Both the position numbers and the translations under genes were made by a program. From Ministeria vibrans ATCC 50519 (taxonomy: Eukaryota > Protista > Filasterea), in the NCBI GenBank assembly GCA_943704425.1, contig CALSCP010001313.1, forward strand, positions 1 to 64,000: a DNA stretch of 64,000 nucleotides. Reading direction: 5' to 3'. The notes under the pieces were generated by a model. That model had not been told where the DNA came from. It did no database searches and saw nothing but the letters and a program-made list of their open reading frames with translations. This document shows, piece by piece, positions 24,051 through 36,159 of this stretch; the stretch's first letter is position 1, and every line of letters starts with the position of its first letter.

Positions 24051-25743
24051 ATGGGCAAACTTCAACATTTGGCGTACTTTACGATCGCAGTTGCGGTCGC
24101 TCTCTCGTCATACTATGCTGTTGTAATGCCAGTGTGGGTGCCGGCTGTGTTAAATCTTCCGGACGTCGTTCAAAAAGAACTTGCGTAAGCCCTCTGAGGC
24201 CTTCTCGGCGGTGCCCCTGGGTGCCGCGTTGGAGAGTGTCTGATGTGTGTCGTTCGTTCCCCACCTTCTCTTTTTTTTTGTGTGTGCTCATTGGAAGAGA
24301 CGCGCTTTATATTTTTTTTTTTTTGGACTCGTGTAGGAATGGCAAAGATGCCAACGCTCCTGGGTTGCTGTGGCTCTCGCCGCTCCACTGGGCGTCTAGA
24401 CTAGGCCATATTGAGGTGATGCAAGTTCTTTTGGCCGACAAGGGCATCGAGGTAAACCGTTTCCGGGATGACATGTTGTGATGCGTTTTATTCCCATTGA
24501 TTGTGCTACACTGACGATTCGATGATGGAACACCCCGCGCGGGTGTGGAGGACACGGGCAGTGCGTGTGTTTTTCATTTTGTGTTCTGCATACTACGAGT
24601 GTGAAAGAGGATGCAGCAGACGAGCTGAACGTGTCTGGAACTGTGACTGTGTAGGTGAACGCACACAACTACATGGGACTGGCGCCGCTGTCCTACGCTG
24701 CGTACACGGGCACCAAAGAGGCCTGCCAACTACTTTTGTCGACGCCATCCGTTTCGGTTGATGGCGATCGTGACCAGGTAGGAGAGAGAGGCAGAGAAAG
24801 AGGAGAACGAGAGCGAGAGAGAGAGACAAGAGTATTACATGCACAATTGATAAGTTTAATGATTGTCATAACAATAATAATAATAATAATATCATTATTA
24901 ATGTCTAGGCGGGCTTCTACAAGGATCGCGGAGAGATTGTGATGGCTCCCATTCACATGGCAGCGCTCTACAACAATCTTGGGTGTCTCGACGTCATGGT
25001 AAGCAAAGTGAGGAGCCTCAATTTCAAGTGTAAGTGATGCGACGAATGTAGCTTGAGGATGAGCGAGTGGATTTAAACGCTCGCAATACGTACAACGCAA
25101 CTGCCCTGCACTTGGCTATTTTCCATGGACACATTGACGTGGTCAAGCGTCTCCTGGCCCATCCGCGTGTCAACCACTTTCCTCTCTCAAGGGTACGAGA
25201 CAACAAGAGAGAGAGAGAGGAGGGAGAAAGAAATAAAGTGATAGAGAAAGAGGGAGAGAGAGAGAGAGAGAGAGAAACGAAGTGGTAGAGAGAGAAACAA
25301 AGTGGTAGAGAGAGAGAAACAAAGTGGTAGAGAGAGAGAAACAAAGTGATAGAGGGGAGAAAAAATGTGATAGAGAAACACGAGTGATAAAGAGACAAAA
25401 CAAAAACAAAGTGATAGAGCAATTATGTAACTGACCCACTTGTGTACAGTACGATCGGTCGGTAGTCGCATGGGCTGCCATCTACGACCAGCTTGACATT
25501 ATGCGACTGCTCGCAGTGCAGTGCAAGCAAGAAAAGGTGACCGTACACTACTCCCCACACGTAAATATAAACACGCAATGACTCATGAATATCTTGCAGA
25601 AACACACGTGCTTCTCGCAAGAGGACTCGAAGAAGCGTTCCATTGCGTCGTTTGCCAATGAGTTTGCTTCCGCAGACCTTGTTGCGTTCGTGGCCGACCA
25701 GCTGTACGTCGAGGCACAGCTGACACAGACACACGAAGACTGA
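24051..25743 (+). CDS. Ankyrin-repeat protein with N-terminal signal/anchor (7 exons)
   Basis: MGKLQHLAYFTIAVAVALSSYYAVV; SPLHWASRLGH, APLSYAAYTG, APIHMAALYN, TALHLAIFHGH. Confidence 0.8.
25205..25420. repeat. Intronic ACAAAGTG(A/G)TA(GA)n minisatellite
   Basis: Direct inspection. Confidence 0.9.
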
Positions 25744-25838
25744 ATAATGCACACATACACATACACGCACATTATATACACACGCAGAGTGAGCGAGAAG
25801 AGTCATTATGGGAATGAAAGACAGTGTGCATTGGAAGG

Positions 25839-25964
25839 TCAGATAACAATGCGGTAGGTGGTGTAGCGCCCGGCTGTCTCGCTGGGGCGCACAATCTTGA
25901 CGACTTGGCCGCGCTTGAGCCCGTAGTACCGTGCAACGGGATCGCGTGCGGTGATGCGCGGGAG
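25839..25964 (-). CDS. POLR2E: Terminal exon of RNA polymerase subunit RPB5, displaced from the rest of the gene
   Basis: ag|[41 protein letters not shown]. Confidence 0.95.
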   Translation of the reverse strand, partial: LPRITARDPVARYYGLKRGQVVKIVRPSETAGRYTTYRIVI

Positions 25965-26029
25965 CTGAGGGGCAGGAAGAAAACACACTCCAGTCAGAAA
26001 AGAATGGACGAGCTGATTTGCTTTTTTTC

Positions 26030-26211
26030 TATCACGTTGCGCTCAATTTGTTCCTTCTCTCTCTCTCTATTATGTCTCGTTCAATTTGTTCCTTTCTCTC
26101 TCTCTATCACTTTGTTCCTTTCCCCCTCCTCTCTCTATCACTTTGTTCCTTTCTCCCTCCTCTCTCTATCACTTTGTATCTCTCTCTCTCTATCAGTTTG
26201 TTTCTTTCTCC

Positions 26212-26258
<47 letters not shown>

Positions 26259-26267
26259 NNNNNNNNN
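26030..26267. repeat. TATCACTTTGTT/(CT)n repeat ending in an assembly N gap
   Basis: Repeat followed by N run at 26259-26267. Confidence 0.9.
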
Positions 26268-27976
26268 TTGCTCCCGCCAGGGATCTGATCGTACTGGCAC
26301 AGAGGACCGCCAAAAGAGGTTGAGTTGCAAGTGCAGGTAAACCAGTCGTCTGTATCGGTACAGGTGGCACCATTCTGACACGGTCCCGAGGGGCACTGCG
26401 GCAGTTTACTCTCGCACGCACTACCCACGAACGGGGAGAAACAGGTACAAGTAGCCTCACAAAGAAGGACATCGGCGGCGCAGGTGCCGCCGTTGAGGCA
26501 TGGGTTTGAGTCACAAAGTGACGCGCATTCCTGCTCGCATAGCGTGCCAGTGTAGCCTGCGGGACAGCTGCATACAAATATCGATCCAAAACTGTCGCAC
26601 GCACCGCCGTTCTGGCAGGGACTGCTCAGACAGGCATTGGCAAACTGGCAGGAGTCGCCATGGAAACCGGGCGAGCACATGCACACATAACGATTGTACA
26701 CGGCCCCGCATGTACCGCCGTTTTGGCATGGGTTGGAATTGCAAGCGCTCAAAGGAAAGGTATCCGCTGTGATAAAGACATCGTCAAGGATCATATGACC
26801 CTTTGGAATTCCACCTTGGTGGTCACTAAAAAAGAGAAGACGAAAAAGAAGGAGAATACAAGGGTCAAACAAAGGAAAGTTAATATAAAATTATTAGAAT
26901 AAATTTAAGATAATGATAAACAATGGCCAAGCAAAAGAATGCGAATGTAAGAAAGGTCAATCGAGTTGCAAGAGAAGGAAGAGAGAACCCCATTTTCAAA
27001 AAAAATATCAAAAGAGGATGAAGCAAAAGAAAAAGATTTAGAAAGAGGCAAACAAGATAAAAGAATACAAGAAGGGGTCAAGCAAAAGAAAGAGGTTTTT
27101 TTTTAAAAAAAAGGATAATTGTTCAGCAAGCAAACCAGCAAACAACAACAGTCAAAAATACAATTCAAAAAGCACCAACACCCAACGAGAAACGAACAGT
27201 GTTTACCTCCCGATCTTGATCGTTTGCAGGCCTGACGAAAGGTCAAAAGAGGGGTTGAAAGTGTTGGAGCCGGACGCGACGAGCACACCGTTGCGATAAA
27301 TGTCCAAATCTCCCGTCCCAATTCGGTTGAAAATGATCGTAAAATGAATCCAGACACCTTCGGGAAGCGACTGCAGCGTAGTTTATATTAGTGTGCGTGT
27401 AGATGGCTCGTGCAGAGTGTAACGGGGCACACACAAAGCGAGTGCGAACGGAATAGATAAAAAAAAAAGGCTCGCGACTGAAAACCAAAAATAACTTTAT
27501 CGTACCGTTGAGTCTGCGACTACCCCGTGGGCGGAAGAGTAGACAAACAAGATGCCGCCATTCACGTAGACGTTAAAATCGTCGGAGGCGCCGACGCGAC
27601 AGCCGAAAATGCTATAGCCGGACGACAGCGAGTGGATCCAGAAGGCCAGCGCCAGACCGCCCGTCTGCGTGCAGAAGTCGCTTGGAACAGGGACGTCGAT
27701 CGACGTACCGTTGCCGGGAAAGAAGAAGGCGCGCTCGATGGAGGCGACCCTGGAGACAGGCGACGCGACGTAGTGCGCAGCGGGGTTGCTCAGCGGCGAG
27801 ACGATTTGAGACGGCTCAATCTGCGACAGCGTCTCCGTGTTGACGTCGGGAATGAGCGTGGTGCTGATATTGACGGCGTCCAGGTTGAACCGCAGTCGCG
27901 CAAGGGCCAGCGAGCTGCTGTGCACTTGAGTAATCGCAAGCAGCGATAAAATCGACAACACAATGGCCATATTCAT
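26268..27976 (-). CDS. Secreted or surface protein: signal peptide, LamG/ConA-like domain, at least 4 EGF repeats; 3' end lost at the gap
   Basis: MNMAIVLSILSLLAITQVHS; AFFFPGNGTSIDV..GLALAFWI; CNSNPCQNGGTC, CLSSPCQNGGAC, CDSNPCLNGGTC, CPSGPCQNGATC. Confidence 0.85.
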
Positions 27977-28747
27977 CGTGTTCTCGGGGTTCCAGCTCGG
28001 TGGTACGCAAGCAATGGATGGAGGGCGTCAACCGCGTCGCTGTCCGAAGATGGAAAAAGCAGTAACTTGACCGTAATTGCTTATCGCACAGACTTGTTTT
28101 GTACATGATTGTTGTAGTGATAAGGAACTGATAAGGATTATATTTATTAATGAACTTCCCTTGAAGAGCGAATGCATTTTTGGGTCTCATGTCGGTATTG
28201 GGCGCCCCAATCTTCATCTCTTTGGGTTTACACTATGGCGAAAGCATTCTCTGATTCTCTTCAATGTCGTTCGTCAATCTCCAATTTTTCGATTCTCACT
28301 TATGATTTCTGAATGAGTCATTTTCTACTCTACTCCGTAAGTTTCCCGTAAGTCATACAACACTCCGATGAGTCCGATCACTTAGTACTCACATCATCAC
28401 ATCAGACCCTATGGCATTACATCGTGCTATGTCTTGGTTCATGTCTTGCAGCAAAGGCTATGAGTGAAATGTGAGTGCGGGCGTTTGCATGAGCTTCGCA
28501 GAGCACCATTGCGCTGTACCCAGCCAGCCAGTTGTCCCGCACTCACTCTGACCGGAGACTCCCACGCGTTTTTTTCAAGGCCCGTTGGAATATTTGCTCA
28601 TAAAATTTGCTGGTGTCAGCTGTGAGGGAGAATATCATGAAAATATCATTAAAAATCCCATCTGAAGCTATAACAAAGAAAGGGGAAAAGTATATATAAA
28701 AATAATAAAAATGAAATAAATAATAATGTACACACGACTTGACTGAA

Positions 28748-30024
28748 TTATTCAATTTTGGTCTCTTCGGCGCGAAGGGGCGACGCAAAATGCAGTCGTT
28801 TCGGTTCCATACGACAAGGTGGTGACGCTGGACGAGGCGAGAGAAAGGAATCTTCGTGGTCAGCATTGGGGGTGGGCATGTCGTCGAGGGGTCGGTGGCG
28901 AATGATGCGCGATGTCTGTGAGAGAGCCCAGCCGAATAGCCGACCAAAGTAAGATGGGACAGTACCAACGCTATAGAGAAGGAAACATTAGTAGTATGCT
29001 TTGCAAAAAAAAAAACGCACACATTAAGGCGTCTCACCTGGAATGAACACCGGACGCTTGAGCTAGGGCGCGCATCCAACGGAGCAGAGCAAGCACTGCA
29101 AAAAGCTTGAGTAGCTGTCTAGACCACTTGCGGGCACGATGCGATGGCAATGGGGCGAGGGTGAGACGCAGAGGCACATCGACAAGCGTCGTGTTGACCG
29201 CAAACCAGCTTGACACAAGTAAGACGACGTCAACCACTCCGTCGCGGTCTACCCGTCGGTTCACCAGTCGCTCAATCATATGTCGCTGCTCTGCCATGGC
29301 CGCCTCTTGTCGCTTTGACTCTTCCCGTCGCTACGAATCACTTATTATATCTCCGCCCCCCTCTTTCACCACACGCAACAGTGCGTCGTCGTATTGTATC
29401 TCACCTTCTTGATGGAGTCCTCTAGAAGTTTCTTGTGCGAGGCAAGCGACGCGCGCATTTGTTCGCCATCTCGTTTGTGCACATCCACCTCACAGCGCAG
29501 TGTGTGCACCTCAGCCTGCTGCTCCTTCATAGACTCGCCCAACTGTCGTAGTTCAGCACGACCCATCTCAATGGTCTCTCGCATGCGCAGATAGCCAAGA
29601 TGGTTCAGCTGAAGCACACGCGCAATGACAAGGTTGATGTCTGCCTGAGACGATGACGACGACGCACAAACTTCCAAGTCACTCTCTCGCTGCGCCACCA
29701 CCATTGACTGCAATCGATTGGTCAAACCAGTTCCAAGTGACCACAGGTTGTGTACCGACACGCGGCCAGCATCCCAAAGGTTTGTTTTACCTGCAATTCA
29801 GAGGTGATTATTTTGAATATTTCAAAAAGTTTGTCACTTCGTGAGTTTTTTTTTTTAGCTTTGACAAACGCAAGAGAGTAGTGACAAGAAAAACGGCAAC
29901 CAGGGGTGCTTTGACAACTACATTGCATGCTTTCTGTAAGTTTCGTACCCGATTTGGGAGTCTCTGAGGCCGGAGGGAGGTTCTTTGTTGAAATTTCAAC
30001 AAGAGGCGATCGTGGCGAGCTCAT
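28748..30024 (-). CDS. Unknown coiled-coil protein with two hydrophobic segments near the C-terminus
   Basis: Hand-spliced 4-exon ORF MSSPRSPLVEIST..heptad region..VVDVVLLVSSWFAV..LLKLFAVLALLRW..KIE*. Confidence 0.55.
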
Positions 30025-30172
30025 GAGCAAGTGAAATGTATACCACTGTTTCAGGATTTCAGGACAAATACACCAGTCACTAGTCTTGAATAACAATGAG
30101 AAAATGACCAGAGGGAATTTTATTCATTATTTCATTTATTTTTTCTTTCTTCACCTTCTTCTTGTTTTCGCC

Positions 30173-30622
30173 ATGGCTGAACAGATCGCCCGTGACAACC
30201 AGTTCACATATGCGGCGGTAAGCTGTTTGTCTTTTTCTTCAAAGGAGCTTTTCCCTTTGCTTTCTTAGCACTTAAACATATGAACACACATCACATCACA
30301 TCACACACAGACACACACACACACGTCTACACCCGCGTATTCCCTTGCACGCCCCACTCATCCACACACCCACCCACACACACACACACCCACACGCACG
30401 CGCGCGCAGACAGAGTGACACACGAAGACACTTTGGTTCAAAGTGTGTCTCGCTGTGAACCGTCGTCGAAACGAATGGAAATATCTCAGCTCACCGCCAG
30501 CTCTCTCGCCCACTCCATCGACCCACTCCATTGGGCACACCTCCCATCGTCTCTTTGAAACACCATTCGCACCCCATACGCCACTCCGTCCATTTCCTCT
30601 TGTCTTTTTTCCGTTTTCTTTT

Positions 30623-30653
<31 letters not shown>

Positions 30654-32618
30654 CCACTCATCATTGCTTCATGGCTGCTTCTGCCGCTCTCTGGGTCGCC
30701 CTTAGACCTCCAACTTGGTGTTGCAAGCGGATCGATCCCTAGGAAGTCGTGCACGCGACGAACCTACCGGTGAAGTGACGACTGTTAAGGTAAATGAGAG
30801 GAGGAAAAAAAAAAACGCTCATATGTCGACTGAGTGACTTTTTCCTTTTTTGTCTCCTTGTGAATTAATGACAATAGGACTATGTGAAGTCTATTCGCAT
30901 GGGTGACCTCGCCGAACGAACGGCCGCTCCCGACGTGGAGGAACGTCGTAAGAAGCAGGAGCGCAAGCAGGAGCGCAGTCAGAATCTTCATCACAAGATC
31001 CGCAAGGGCACTCTGCTCGCCGACACGGACGACATGGCCGACCTGTACTACCGGCCGCGCACACGCGAAACCCGTACCATCTACGAGGCACTCCTAAGCT
31101 CGGTCCAGGAATTTCTCGGAGACCAGCCTCGCGATGTGCTCTGTGGCGCTGCCGACGAAGTCTTGGCCATCCTCAAGACGGACGGGGCGCGCGACTCGCA
31201 GCGCAAGCGTGACATCGAATCGCTCTTGTCGCGTCGTCTCTCCGAAGAGTCTTACGCTCAACTGGTGAACCTGGGCAAGAAAACCACGGACTACTTTGAC
31301 ATGGAGCAGGGCGGCGACGACAAGGCTGACGACGAGCAGGAGGTGACCATTGTCTTCGATGAGAAGGACGAACAGCCAGGTGACAAGGAATCCTTTGAGG
31401 TGCGCGGCGGTGAGTCGGACGAGGACGATTCGGACGCCGACGAAGACGACGTGATGGGCGGTGGTGAGGCCCAAGAGACGCGCACCTCCCGAAAACGCGC
31501 CAACAATGATGGCAATGCGTCCGACAACGACGACGACGACGACACCGGACGCGGTGGTCTCCGTGGCGACGGACGCACCGACGTAACCAGCTCCGGTGCA
31601 CGTCTCGACCCCGACCTGGTGGCCGCACACGACATCGACGCACATTGGCTCCAGCGTCAGTTGGGCACCTTTTTTGACGACGCCATGGTCGCCCAGAAAA
31701 TGGCCGACGACGTGTTGGCAACGCTCACCAGCGACGCCGACGACCGCGAGGCCGAGAACAAACTTGTCCTTTTGCTCGACTACGACAAATTCGACTTCAT
31801 TCGTGTTCTTCGCAAGAACCGTCTCAAAATCGCCTACTGCATTCGCCTCAAGCGTGCCGACGACGACGCCGAACGCGACGCCATCCTCGCCGAAATGCGT
31901 CAGGCAGAGGATCCGCGTGCGCAGGCCGTCTGGCGCGAACTTGCCAGTGCCAACGACGACGACAACAATGCCGATGGCGACACCGTCATGACGGATGCGG
32001 GACAACAGCAACAACGCCGCTCTGCGACGGCTGCTCGTGGACTCGTCGACGACGACGAAGAGAGCAGCATGCGCAACAGACGGCAGCAGCTGACGGGCGA
32101 CGAGCGCGCCGCCTCAGTCGCGCGTCGCGTCATGGACTTGGGCCAACTCGAGTTCACCGCCGGCTCCCACTTCATGTCGAACAAGACGTGCAAGCTGCCC
32201 GAGGGCTCGATGCGTCGCCAGAAGAAGGGCTACGAAGAGGTGCACGTGCCGGCCCTGAAGCCTCGTCCCTTTGGCGCCAACGAACGCTACGTGAAAATCT
32301 CCGAATTTCCTGAGTGGGCCCGCAAGGCGTTTGGCGCCATTGACAAGCTCAACCGCATGCAGTCGCGTGTCTACCGCTCGGCATTCCTCTCCGATGAGAA
32401 CCTTCTCGTGTGTGCCCCCACAGGCGCCGGCAAGACCAACGTCGCTCTCATGACCATCCTGCAGCAAGTGGGCGCGCACCTTCTCGACGACGGCTCCGTT
32501 GACCTTGCCGCCTTCAAGGTCGTTTACGTCGCTCCCATGAAGTCCCTTGTGCAAGAAATGGTGGGCAACTTTGGTCGCAAACTTGAAAAGTTTGGCATGA
32601 AAGTCGCCGAGCTCACTG
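30173..32618 (+). CDS. SNRNP200: U5 snRNP 200 kDa helicase BRR2, 5' portion only; truncated at a (CT)n intron
   Basis: MAEQIARDNQFTYAA|TSNLVLQADRS..EPTGEV; YRPRTRETR; PWI IDAHWLQRQL; GSHFMSNK; LNRMQS; CAPTGAGKTNVA; VYVAPMKSLVQEMV..VAELTG|gt. Confidence 0.95.
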
Positions 32619-32629
32619 GTACATTCAAA

Positions 32630-32630
<1 letters not shown>

Positions 32631-32724
<94 letters not shown>

Positions 32725-32850
32725 GCTTTGTTCTTTGCTCCCTATCACTCTTGTCTTCGTTCGTCACTCTATCAAAAACATGTTCCACGACCCTGTCTAT
32801 CTCTCTCTCTCGATCACTTTGGTTCTTTCTCCCTCCTCTCTGTCTCTTTC
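32631..32850. repeat. (CT)n plus TATCACT motifs at the BRR2/RPB5 junction
   Basis: About 90 bp of pure (CT)n followed by family motifs. Confidence 0.9.
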
Positions 32851-32857
32851 GTCGCAC

Positions 32858-33261
32858 CTGTGAGTCTTTGAGTTTGTAGCGATCAAGCAGCGCCTTCTTC
32901 TCTTCGTCTGTAAGCACTGTGTGTCTGGGCACCAGTTCGTGCTTGGTGATGTTCACAAGAAGTTCCTCCTCCTACACCAACACGCTCAATCCCCACTTCG
33001 ATTCGTCTCGTTCGCTACCTTGAACAGTTCAATGTGACATGCCATTGCAGCATTGGTTGCAGCAATCGACTGTCGGGCAAACGGTGTAATGTCACTCTAA
33101 GAAAACCCATCGACACCCCAGTTTGACTCTTTTGTCCTTCTGAATTTGGGCGAATTTACCTTGAGAATGATAATGGCACGCTTCACGTTGTTCGTGCTCA
33201 TCGTCTCGACGTATTCCTCAATAGTACGCACGCTTACCTGATGGCAATGAGAGAGAGAGAA

Positions 33262-33292
<31 letters not shown>

Positions 33293-33861
33293 AAAAAAAG
33301 ACACACGTTGAAAGAATGCAATGACTTGTTGTACACCGACATACCGACGAGGCTTGCGGGAAAAACACATATAACTGGTTGCTGGGATCATCGCGGTGTT
33401 CGACTAAGATGCGCAGGTTCTCTCGATTCGATCTGTAGGCGAGAGAGGCGCAACAAGTCAGAGGGTTGATGCGCTGTTCAATAGGCTTGTTTCCATACGC
33501 ATAGTTTGGCACAAGGTCGTTGAGATCCTCCATTGTCATGTTGATCTGACCCTCCGCAATGTTGTAGCCTCTGTCGACGCAAATCTGTTGGGGAGGAGGA
33601 GAGTAGACGAAAACGTGAGAAATATTTTGAGTGGTTCAACGCGAAAGCCTCGATCAGGCAGACACACCGTGTGGGCAACGGGGAGTGTATGGGTGTGGGG
33701 CAAGGAAAACAGCGAGAGCGAGAGGGGCTCAGCGAGCGTCCCGCTGAACTCAATCAGAGCGTTGACAAACGCATTTTGTACTTCTCCAAAATTCTCACCT
33801 CGTGCGCTACCCTCCGTACACGCCACAATTTCCACGCGTAGTCGTCTGAAGATGCCTCCAT
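32858..33861 (-). CDS. POLR2E: RNA polymerase I/II/III common subunit RPB5; exons 1-6 (last exon at 25839-25964)
   Basis: [73 protein letters not shown]|gt. Confidence 0.93.
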
Positions 33862-34333
33862 ACGGAAATGTGAGAAAATCAAAAATAACAATAATAATTA
33901 ATTTTTTAGAATTTTCAATTTAGTGAAGAAGATTTAGAAGCAGAAGAATACAACCCATTTATTAATGATAAATGATAATCATTAGTCGAATAAGTCGATA
34001 GAAGAAGAACAACAGCAAAGGAGAAATTATCAGTAGATGAATTTTTCATGATTCATGAAGTGAAAAGTTTACTCACGGGCAGAGACGATGAAAATGTAAC
34101 ACACAATGTTTCCGCCAGAGGCTAACCCCAAGTCCCTAAACCCTAGCTCACTAGTCACTACTCAGTGTCCAGTGAACTCCTTCAAGAGAATGGCCGATGA
34201 AGATTTACTGCACCCATACTCACTTATAATTTTCGGAATGAGTAATGACCCGACTTGCGAGTGTAGCAGAGAAGGAACATATGAAATGAAAAGAAGAATA
34301 AAAAAAACAAGATGTAATAAGAACAAACGGCGG

Positions 34334-35001
34334 TCATTCTTTGGCGTCGGGACGCACAACGACGACGGGGGTGGAGCAGTGGTGCAGGCAGTAGTCGGAA
34401 ATCGATCCGAGCAGAGCGCGCGCAATGGCGCCCCTGCCACGCGAGCCCACCACAAGGCATTCGGCCTTGACAAGCTCAGCTTTGCGCACAAGTGCTTCGC
34501 GCACATTCCCGCGGATAATCTCTGTCTCATGTTTCACCTGTAAAGCAAAAAAACAAACAATACATTTCAATTTTCAGTGCGATGTGCGAATAAAACAACT
34601 TACGCCAGCTTCCCGAAGTCTGCGCTCGTAAGGGATGGCAACCTCCTTAGCATTGTCGCGCTCTTGTTGGTTCACTTGGTCGATAACGTCCTGAGGGATC
34701 ACGTATCCACCTGAGAGAGAACGAAAATAGAAGTGCGAGGTTTTAGTCAAAACCCTCGCACTTCGTGTTTACCGGCCCTACCTGGGCTGAGCGGAATGAT
34801 TGTCACGGGATCATACGCATGAACCACGTGGAATGTCAAATCAGTGGGGTTGAAGTTGCGCAGGGCCCACTCAAGCGCATTATGGCTCTAAAACACGAAT
34901 TGTTTGTTGTTTCAGTTTTTGTGTGGGCGTTCTGTGCGTACCTCGGCAGACGAGTCGACAGCAATGACGACATGGCGTTCTGTAGTCGTATCGGCAGACA
35001 T
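34334..35001 (-). CDS. Universal stress protein A (UspA) domain protein
   Basis: RHVIVAVDSS..ALEWAL..VVHAY..LVVGSRGRGAIARALLGSISDYCLHHCSTPVVVVR. Confidence 0.9.
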
Positions 35002-35173
35002 TATTATATGGTTGTTTTCTTTTTTGGGGGGAGGGGAGGAAAATAAAAAAGTGAGTAGTGAAAATTAAATTGATCAGATTTTAGACCGACCGATTTCTGA
35101 ATCAACATTCAACCCTCGGTCATACAGTCACTCGTCACGCAGTCACGCACAAACCACTAGTCACTGCTAGTCA

Positions 35174-35201
35174 CTAGACACTAGACTACTGTCTAGTGTC
35201 T
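35174..35201. promoter_or_regulatory. Perfect 12-bp inverted repeat TAGACACTAGAC-tact-GTCTAGTGTCTA within an AGTCAC/CTAG-rich divergent promoter
   Basis: Hairpin seen directly; regulatory role inferred. Confidence 0.5.
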
Positions 35202-35296
35202 ACTAGAGTCTAGGTAGTCACCAGCCAGTTTTCCCGGGCAGTTGGTTCATTGAAGGTTAAATGAAAATTTTTATTCACTTCATTTCAAATAATTCC

Positions 35297-36121
35297 ATGA
35301 ATCCTACCGATCCACCGACCTGCAGCCTGGACCCTCAGCTTCCTGATCTCAGTCAGCTGTCACTTGCAGATCCGCCACCAGTGCGGCCATCTTTGACGAC
35401 GCTGTACACCGATTGGAGTGTCAACGTGTGCTTCGTCAAAATCACTGACGAGAAACCATTCGCGTACACCCAACAAGAGCTCAAACGCAAAGGCTGGCGT
35501 CGAAACTGCCAGGGAGGATGGAAAGACGAAAAGGGGCATGACGATACCCCTTTTACAACGGCTGCGCGTGAAGCGGCGGAAGAAATTCATGTCTCACTCG
35601 ACCAGCGGAAAATTTTCGAGAAGAATGTTCACGACCGTCTGAAGCAGTGCTACTACGACGCCACACCCTGCCTATCGGTGGCACTTAAGCAGCTGGAGGA
35701 CCGCAAGGGCCACATCTCGTTTCGACTGATTCTCTCAGACGACAACGTATTGGACACATTCATTCTGAAACAACTTGTGACAAAGGATGCCGGGTGTCCT
35801 GGAGTGTCGTCAGGGGGACGGCAGGAAGAGAAGACTCGTAACCTCAAGTGGGAACTGCTCGACGTCTTTGCCAATGCACGCAAACCCGACCTTCGAGTAG
35901 ACGTGTCGTCCAGCGACATGAAAGACGGTGTCTGGAAGGAGACGGCGCGCTTCCGTCGAACCGATCTGCCTCCAAAGTCGGCAGTGTTCTCCTCGACGAG
36001 CGCTATTGCGGCACAACGACCCCATACTCCAAGATCTGGTTGTGCATCCGCAGCAGACGCTTCTGCAACTGCCAGTAGGTCGAGCACCTCTGCCCAGAAG
36101 AAATGGAAGGGAAGAAAATAA
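35297..36121 (+). CDS. Nudix-hydrolase-like protein; intronless
   Basis: GGWKDEKGHDDTPFTTAAREAAEEI Nudix-box variant; EKTRNLKW; start could be 35261. Confidence 0.7.
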   Translation: MNPTDPPTCSLDPQLPDLSQLSLADPPPVRPSLTTLYTDWSVNVCFVKITDEKPFAYTQQELKRKGWRRNCQGGWKDEKGHDDTPFTTAAREAAEEIHVSLDQRKIFEKNVHDRLKQCYYDATPCLSVALKQLEDRKGHISFRLILSDDNVLDTFILKQLVTKDAGCPGVSSGGRQEEKTRNLKWELLDVFANARKPDLRVDVSSSDMKDGVWKETARFRRTDLPPKSAVFSSTSAIAAQRPHTPRSGCASAADASATASRSSTSAQKKWKGRK

Positions 36122-36159
36122 AGCGATTACAATATTTATTTTTTGTACTGTTTCAGTTT

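Noticed and set aside
24452-24654. Possible intronic C/D snoRNA (ATGATG..CTGA)
   Set aside because: Imperfect C box, no convincing terminal stem and no recognisable rRNA guide
31094-32014. Long antisense ORFs over BRR2, NNT, TKT and the ASPP-like gene
   Set aside because: Expected shadows of GC3-rich coding sequence; no motifs
34133-34146. CCCTAAACCCTAG telomere-like motif
   Set aside because: Only two units; at most a telo-box-like promoter element
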